The position numbers and the translations under genes were made by a program. Below, one piece after another: positions 59,245-64,000 of a stretch of 64,000 nucleotides of DNA. Origin of the DNA: Candidatus Melainabacteria bacterium. Lineage in GTDB: Bacteria > Cyanobacteriota > Vampirovibrionia > 2-02-FULL-35-15. How positions within the stretch are numbered: position 1 is the stretch's first letter; the number at the start of each line of letters is the position of its first letter. The notes beneath the pieces are model-generated. The model was not told where the DNA came from. It made no database searches and worked only from the letters and a program-made list of their open reading frames with translations. The stretch is from positions 22,645-86,644 of the forward strand of contig JACPSL010000011.1 in assembly GCA_016193285.1 (NCBI GenBank), given 5' to 3'.

Positions 59245-60573
59245 GTGCCAGAAATTAAAATAAATTACAAAGATCTTCCCTCATGTGATGTCCTTGTTGC
59301 AGGTGGAGGATCCGCAGGAGTAGCAGCTGCAGTAGGGGCGTTGCATGCAACGCCCCTACAGGTTGTTTTAATTGAAAAAGCAAGTTTCTTAGGTGGAATG
59401 GCAACAGGCGCTCTTGTAACACCAATGATGAAAAATATGCCAATGGGAAAAGGATTGTTTTTAGAAGTTTGTAATCGTCTTGCAAAAGCTGGTGGTGGAG
59501 CCATCTTTGAAGATGGAAATCCGGGCTGGTTTAATCCGGAGGTTTATAAGATTGTCCTTGACGAAATGTGTGTTGAATCAAATGTTAGGTTGATGTTTGA
59601 AAGTCAAATAATTTCCTGTGATGTCTTAAAGGATGAGATAAAAAATATATATTTTTTTAACAAAGGTGGTTTTTTTTCTATCAGCGCTAAAGAATTTATA
59701 GACTGTACCGGTGATGGCGATCTTATTGCTTTATCTGGTGTAAGTTATAAAGCAGGTGAAAATAATTACAGACAAGCAATGTCACTTCGTTTTATGATGG
59801 CTGGAGTTGACTTAAAGACATTTGCTAACTGGCTAAAAGAAAATGATAAAGCTGGCGATTCGCCAGTTTATTTTTTAAACAATGGAGACATTTTACTTTC
59901 AGGTGCACATACTTTTGAAAAAAATTGGACACTAAAACCTTTTTTTGACGAAGCTTTTAAAAATGGTGATTTAAAAAAAGAAGACGCAGCATATTTTCAA
60001 ATTTTTTCAGTGCCAGACTCACAAGGACTTGTTGCATTTAACTGTCCAAGAATTACGCCAGAAGATAAAATTTTAGATCCACTAAATAATGAAGATACTT
60101 CATGGCTTCTAGTTCATGGAAGGCAAATGATAAAGAGACAAAGCACCTTTTGCAAAAAATATCTTCCTGGGTTTAAAGATTCGTATGTTTGTCAGATAGC
60201 ACCATATATTGGTGTCAGAGAAAGCAGAAGACTTGTAGGGCAATATGTTTTAACAAAGGAAGATGTTTTAAGTGCAAAAAAATTTAAAGATGCCATTGCA
60301 AATTCAAATTGGCCAATTGATATTCATCCGCCTGTGGCAGAGACGCGATTAATCACGCCTCTACCACAACAACCACCCAATGGTGATTATTACCAAATAC
60401 CTCTCAGGTCATTATTACCAAAGGAAAATGAAATTAAAAATTTGATTGTTGCAGGGAGATGTCTTTCTGCAGATTTTGAAGCACAAAGCTCTGCACGTAT
60501 TCAGGCAAATTGCTGGGCTATGGGTGAGGCAGCAGGACTACTAGCTGCTAAGAGAATAAAAGCAGTGCGTTAA
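59245..60573 (+). CDS. FAD-dependent oxidoreductase (FAD_oxidored/GIDA-like family)
   Basis: DVLVAGGGSAGVAAA dinucleotide-binding motif. The coding sequence contains a perfect 28-bp palindrome. Confidence 0.6.
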   Translation: MPEIKINYKDLPSCDVLVAGGGSAGVAAAVGALHATPLQVVLIEKASFLGGMATGALVTPMMKNMPMGKGLFLEVCNRLAKAGGGAIFEDGNPGWFNPEVYKIVLDEMCVESNVRLMFESQIISCDVLKDEIKNIYFFNKGGFFSISAKEFIDCTGDGDLIALSGVSYKAGENNYRQAMSLRFMMAGVDLKTFANWLKENDKAGDSPVYFLNNGDILLSGAHTFEKNWTLKPFFDEAFKNGDLKKEDAAYFQIFSVPDSQGLVAFNCPRITPEDKILDPLNNEDTSWLLVHGRQMIKRQSTFCKKYLPGFKDSYVCQIAPYIGVRESRRLVGQYVLTKEDVLSAKKFKDAIANSNWPIDIHPPVAETRLITPLPQQPPNGDYYQIPLRSLLPKENEIKNLIVAGRCLSADFEAQSSARIQANCWAMGEAAGLLAAKRIKAVR

Positions 60574-60621
60574 TTTTAGTCATTGCTTTTACTCCTATCT
60601 TGAAATAAATCTAAAAAGATT

Positions 60622-61695
60622 TTAACAGATAAAAACACCAAATAAGTAAGCTAAATATAAAATCCCGCAAAATAAGAATGTTCTGTATGTAAGCCTTTTT
60701 TTCTTTAATGAAATTAAAACTATACTTGTGTTAATTAAACAAAAGATAAAAGTTAGAGATGAAATTAATGAACTAATTTTCCAGCTTGTAAATAAAAGCC
60801 CAATTGTTACAGGGAATGTGCTTTGAAAAACAAGTGCTCCTGAAATATTCCCAACAGCAAGTGTGTCTTTTTTTTGTCTAATCCACATCCAGCTGTTAAA
60901 TTTTTCAGGAAGTTCAGTTGCAAGTGGTGTAAGTAAAAGGCTAATAATAAATGCAGGAAAGTTTAACTTGTGTGAGACTTCTTTTATTACTTCTACAAAA
61001 TGGTGAGCACTAAATATAAGAAAAAGCAACGAGACAATTAATTGAAGCCAGATTAACAGTAAATTTGGTTTTAGTTTTGATAAAAGCTTGGTTAATAAAA
61101 AAGGATCCAGATTTTCTTCTAACTCTTCGCCTTTAAACTCAGTCCTTGCTTCTTCTTTTATTGTTAGGTATAAATAAATAACATAAATCAGGATCATTAC
61201 AATGCCAAACAGTATGTGCATAGTGTGGTTTAAAAATACAGCTAAAAATGCAAGTGAAAATGAAATAATAAAAAAAGTTAAGTCTCTTTCTAAAACAGTT
61301 TCATCCATTTTAATTTCTTTTGATTTTCTTCTTCCAGTTTTAAAATAAATCCAGCTTGCAAATCCAATTAAAAAAAATGCAATTGTACTTAACATAAATG
61401 GGGCACCAATAATTGCACCAATACTTATTTGATTCATATATTGACTAAAAGGATTTGTGGTATCAAATTCGCCTTTTAAAACTTTAATCAAAGTTTCTTT
61501 ATTTATTCCCCAAAATATTGCTACTAAAGGAACAATTGTTTCTGGTAAGGCTGTTCCAACAGCAGCTAAAAGGCTTCCTGTAATTCCATGTGACAAGTTT
61601 AACTTTGCACCGAGCCACTCAACTGAATTACTAAAAACAATACATGAAATTAAAATTGCAATTAGTGAGATAAAAAAGTAAAGCAAAAGCTCCAT
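60622..61695 (-). CDS. Ca2+/Na+ antiporter (CaCA family)
   Basis: Two alpha-repeats, GTALPE (AVGTALPETIV) and ELPE (LATELPEKF). About 10 TM segments. Confidence 0.65.
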   Translation of the reverse strand: MELLLYFFISLIAILISCIVFSNSVEWLGAKLNLSHGITGSLLAAVGTALPETIVPLVAIFWGINKETLIKVLKGEFDTTNPFSQYMNQISIGAIIGAPFMLSTIAFFLIGFASWIYFKTGRRKSKEIKMDETVLERDLTFFIISFSLAFLAVFLNHTMHILFGIVMILIYVIYLYLTIKEEARTEFKGEELEENLDPFLLTKLLSKLKPNLLLIWLQLIVSLLFLIFSAHHFVEVIKEVSHKLNFPAFIISLLLTPLATELPEKFNSWMWIRQKKDTLAVGNISGALVFQSTFPVTIGLLFTSWKISSLISSLTFIFCLINTSIVLISLKKKRLTYRTFLFCGILYLAYLFGVFIC

Positions 61696-61707
61696 GAGAA
61701 CTAGAGT

Positions 61708-61737
61708 ACAGCGTATAGCGTATAGCGCATAGAATAG
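61708..61737. repeat. heptanucleotide tandem repeat (acagcgt/atagcgt/atagcgc/atagaat) in the intergenic region upstream of ctpA
   Basis: Direct reading. Confidence 0.7.
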
Positions 61738-61765
61738 TAAACCAATTTGTTATAATTCGGTATTA

Positions 61766-62992
61766 ATGAAAAGTTCAAACAAGACAAAAAAATACTTGAA
61801 GATAAATTTACTTACTTTTTTAGTTTTGTTTTTCTTGTTACATTCAACAATCTTTATACAAAAGGTTAGCGCAGACTCTGAAAAAACAAAGGCAGTAGCT
61901 TTGTATAATACTGCTTGGAAAGTGGTCAATGAAAAATTTTACTTTAAGTCAACGATTGATTTAGATAGCTGGCAAAATAAATTTGAAAACAAAATAAATA
62001 ACCTAACAGATGCTCATAAATATATAAATAAACTTATTAAAGCATTAGATGATCCATATACAAGGCTTTTAACAAAGGAAGAATTTAAAGATGAACTAAA
62101 CATTATGAACTCAAAACTAATTGGAATTGGAGTTAAACTTGCACTTAACAAACCAAAAATAATTGAAGTTCTTCCAGATAGTCCAGCGAACAAAGAAGGT
62201 CTTGTGCCAGATGATTACATAATAAGTATAAATGGCAAGAGTACTAAACATTTAAATCCAAACCAGGTAGCAAACTTATTAAGAGGACAAGAAAATTCTT
62301 TACTTACAGTTAAGCTAAAAAGGGGGGATGAAATTTTAACTAAGGTATTAAAACGTAAGGAAGTTAAACTTAAAGTAGTTTCAAGTAAATTGTTAGATAA
62401 CGATGTTGCAATTATAAAAATTAGTTCTTTTATTCCTGAAAGCACAAGTGAGTTGTTTAAAAACGAAGTTTTAAAACTTATGGCTACACGTGGCTTAATT
62501 ATTGATCTTAGAAATAATTCAGGGGGCTTAATGAAGAATGCAGTTGAGATTGCAGATATGTTTTTAAAAGAAGGCAAAATAGTTACAACTGTAAGTGACT
62601 CAGGTAGAAAAAATGAGTTTGCAAATTCAGATCAAATTACAAGTTCACATCTTATTATCTTAGTAAATGAAAGCACTGCAAGTGCTAGTGAGATACTAGC
62701 AGGTGCTCTAAAAGAAAATAAAAGAGCACTTGTAATTGGTAAGAAAACTTATGGTAAAAGTCTTGTTCAAGAAATTCTACAACTCCCTGATGACTCTGCT
62801 TTGCATCTTACAATTGCTGCTTACTTAACTCCCTCTGGAAGAAATATTAACAAAGTTGGGATTGTACCTGATGAAATTGTAAGTGATGAAGGGATGCAGG
62901 TTGAAAGAGCAAAAGAAATTTTAATTTCCTTAGAGAAGAATACAAACAACGTGATTGCAGGGTTTTGGTATAATCATTGCTATGACAACTAA
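61766..62992 (+). CDS. ctpA: carboxyl-terminal processing protease (S41 family) with PDZ domain
   Basis: PDZ segment GIGVKLALNKPKIIEVLPDSPANKEGLVPDDYIISING and S41 catalytic region (ASASEILAGAL...TYGKS). Confidence 0.75.
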   Translation: MKSSNKTKKYLKINLLTFLVLFFLLHSTIFIQKVSADSEKTKAVALYNTAWKVVNEKFYFKSTIDLDSWQNKFENKINNLTDAHKYINKLIKALDDPYTRLLTKEEFKDELNIMNSKLIGIGVKLALNKPKIIEVLPDSPANKEGLVPDDYIISINGKSTKHLNPNQVANLLRGQENSLLTVKLKRGDEILTKVLKRKEVKLKVVSSKLLDNDVAIIKISSFIPESTSELFKNEVLKLMATRGLIIDLRNNSGGLMKNAVEIADMFLKEGKIVTTVSDSGRKNEFANSDQITSSHLIILVNESTASASEILAGALKENKRALVIGKKTYGKSLVQEILQLPDDSALHLTIAAYLTPSGRNINKVGIVPDEIVSDEGMQVERAKEILISLEKNTNNVIAGFWYNHCYDN

Positions 62993-63410
62993 CCTCCCAA
63001 GACATAATATTGGTGCAATATGCAGTCAAGTAAGTTTTGACAGGGTTACACATGCAGTTCATCTTTTAAATATTCAAAATATTTTTCAAACTACGACCTT
63101 ACCTGCTACCTTAACTCAGTTTGTAGTTGCAAATCAATGGACTAATGCTCAAGGTACTTTTTTACAACAGCTTGAAATATTTGCTCCAAGCGGACAATTA
63201 CTTGCTGAAAGAAAAAATCAATTTACTATTACTTCTAGTCCTCCAATTTCTTGCCACTGGTGCATTGACTCATTCTCAATGATGTTGACTTTAAGAGAGA
63301 CAGGGGTTTACTATGTAACTATTTCTATTGGCAGACAAGAGGGCCCAATGGAGTCTATGTGTAATATTCCTTTTGAATGCCGCTTGGTACCTGTACAATC
63401 TGCAGGTTAG
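62982..63410 (+). CDS. hypothetical protein
   Basis: ORF between ctpA and murG. The start is placed at the Met (MTTNLPR), overlapping the ctpA stop by 11 nt. Confidence 0.35.
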   Translation: MTTNLPRHNIGAICSQVSFDRVTHAVHLLNIQNIFQTTTLPATLTQFVVANQWTNAQGTFLQQLEIFAPSGQLLAERKNQFTITSSPPISCHWCIDSFSMMLTLRETGVYYVTISIGRQEGPMESMCNIPFECRLVPVQSAG

Positions 63411-63430
63411 GAAGGACACGGAAATTATAA

Positions 63431-64000
63431 ATGAAAAAGGTTGTACTATGTGGTGGTGGAACAGGTGGACATATTTTTCCGAGTATTGCTGTTGGCGAGA
63501 TATTAAAAGAAAAAGGTTGTGATCTTTACTATCTTGGAGTTAATAAAAAACCTGAAGAGTATATTGCAGAAAAAAATGGAATAGATTTTTTTGGTTATGA
63601 TTTTTTAGGCTTTCCAAGAAAGCTTCAAAAAGAACTTTTCGCCTGGCCTTTTTATTTACTTAAGGCAGTATCAAAAGCAAAACTTTATTTAAAGCATTAT
63701 AGACCAGAAATAGTTTTTGGAACTGGGGGATATTCTGCAGCTCCTGTTTTTATTGCTGCAAAAAGATTAGGCATTTCATATATTGTTCATAATCTTGATG
63801 TTAAGCTTGGTCTTGCAAATAAATTTTGTTCAAATGGTGCATTAGCCTTGACATTGGGTTTTGAAACAAATGAGCTCCCTGAAAATAAAAAAGAAAATGT
63901 CATTGTTACTGGTAATCCAGTAAGGAAATGTTTTTTAGAAATTGAAATGTTAAATAAAGCTACCCTCTGCAAAGAGTTTAATTTTAGCCCGAATAAAAAG
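63431..64000 (+). CDS. murG: UDP-N-acetylglucosamine--N-acetylmuramyl-(pentapeptide) pyrophosphoryl-undecaprenol N-acetylglucosamine transferase (3'-truncated at window end)
   Basis: MKKVVLCGGGTGGHIFPSIAVGEIL, the canonical MurG N-terminus. No stop codon before the window end. Confidence 0.8.
   Translation, partial: MKKVVLCGGGTGGHIFPSIAVGEILKEKGCDLYYLGVNKKPEEYIAEKNGIDFFGYDFLGFPRKLQKELFAWPFYLLKAVSKAKLYLKHYRPEIVFGTGGYSAAPVFIAAKRLGISYIVHNLDVKLGLANKFCSNGALALTLGFETNELPENKKENVIVTGNPVRKCFLEIEMLNKATLCKEFNFSPNKK

Noticed and set aside
59255-59504. Two antisense ORFs (76 and 79 aa) at the 5' end of the FAD-oxidoreductase gene
   Set aside because: They are driven by the local GC-rich palindrome and lack a start context. 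The sense-strand FAD-binding motif is intact.

Overview
Annotation of a 64-kb window from an AT-rich (roughly one-third GC by eye) bacterial chromosome with a Gram-negative-type envelope gene set (kdsB, heptosyltransferase, secD/secF, mraY/murF/murG). Lineage cannot be named from sequence alone; it looks like an uncultured or candidate phylum. Most of the window is densely packed housekeeping genes: hisA/hisF, aspS, hom, pgi, lpd, dnaN, recJ, apt, ppdK and its regulator, grpE, cysC, rpsA-like, pilC, aroQ, deoA-like, yebC, ctpA, tRNA-Thr(CGU) and tRNA-Phe(GAA). No rRNA, CRISPR array, transposase or prophage structural gene was seen. Five things stand out. (1) A 1268-aa modular protein lies directly beside tRNA-Phe. 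It has an N-terminal coiled coil, a long Gly/Ala-rich glycine-zipper-like hydrophobic region, and a C-terminal domain carrying a type-I phosphoribosyltransferase PRPP-loop signature. Two small orphan genes follow it, and it sits next to the genuine apt gene. This is the best candidate in the window for an undescribed toxin/effector with immunity partners. (2) An AbiEii-like nucleotidyltransferase and an AbiEi-like regulator form a pair in toxin-first order, with a 15-bp inverted repeat over the start region. (3) A dispersed family of 7-8-nt short tandem repeats, 3-5 copies each, lies inside coding sequences without breaking the frame (recJ, kdsB, a patatin N-terminus) and in intergenic DNA. 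(4) A small family of GC-rich ~28-bp perfect or near-perfect palindromes with GTAG...CTAC ends occurs once in a divergent promoter and twice inside coding sequence. (5) Several secreted repeat proteins and a few unusual gene overlaps are present. All functional calls rest on reading motifs in the supplied translations; no database search was run.
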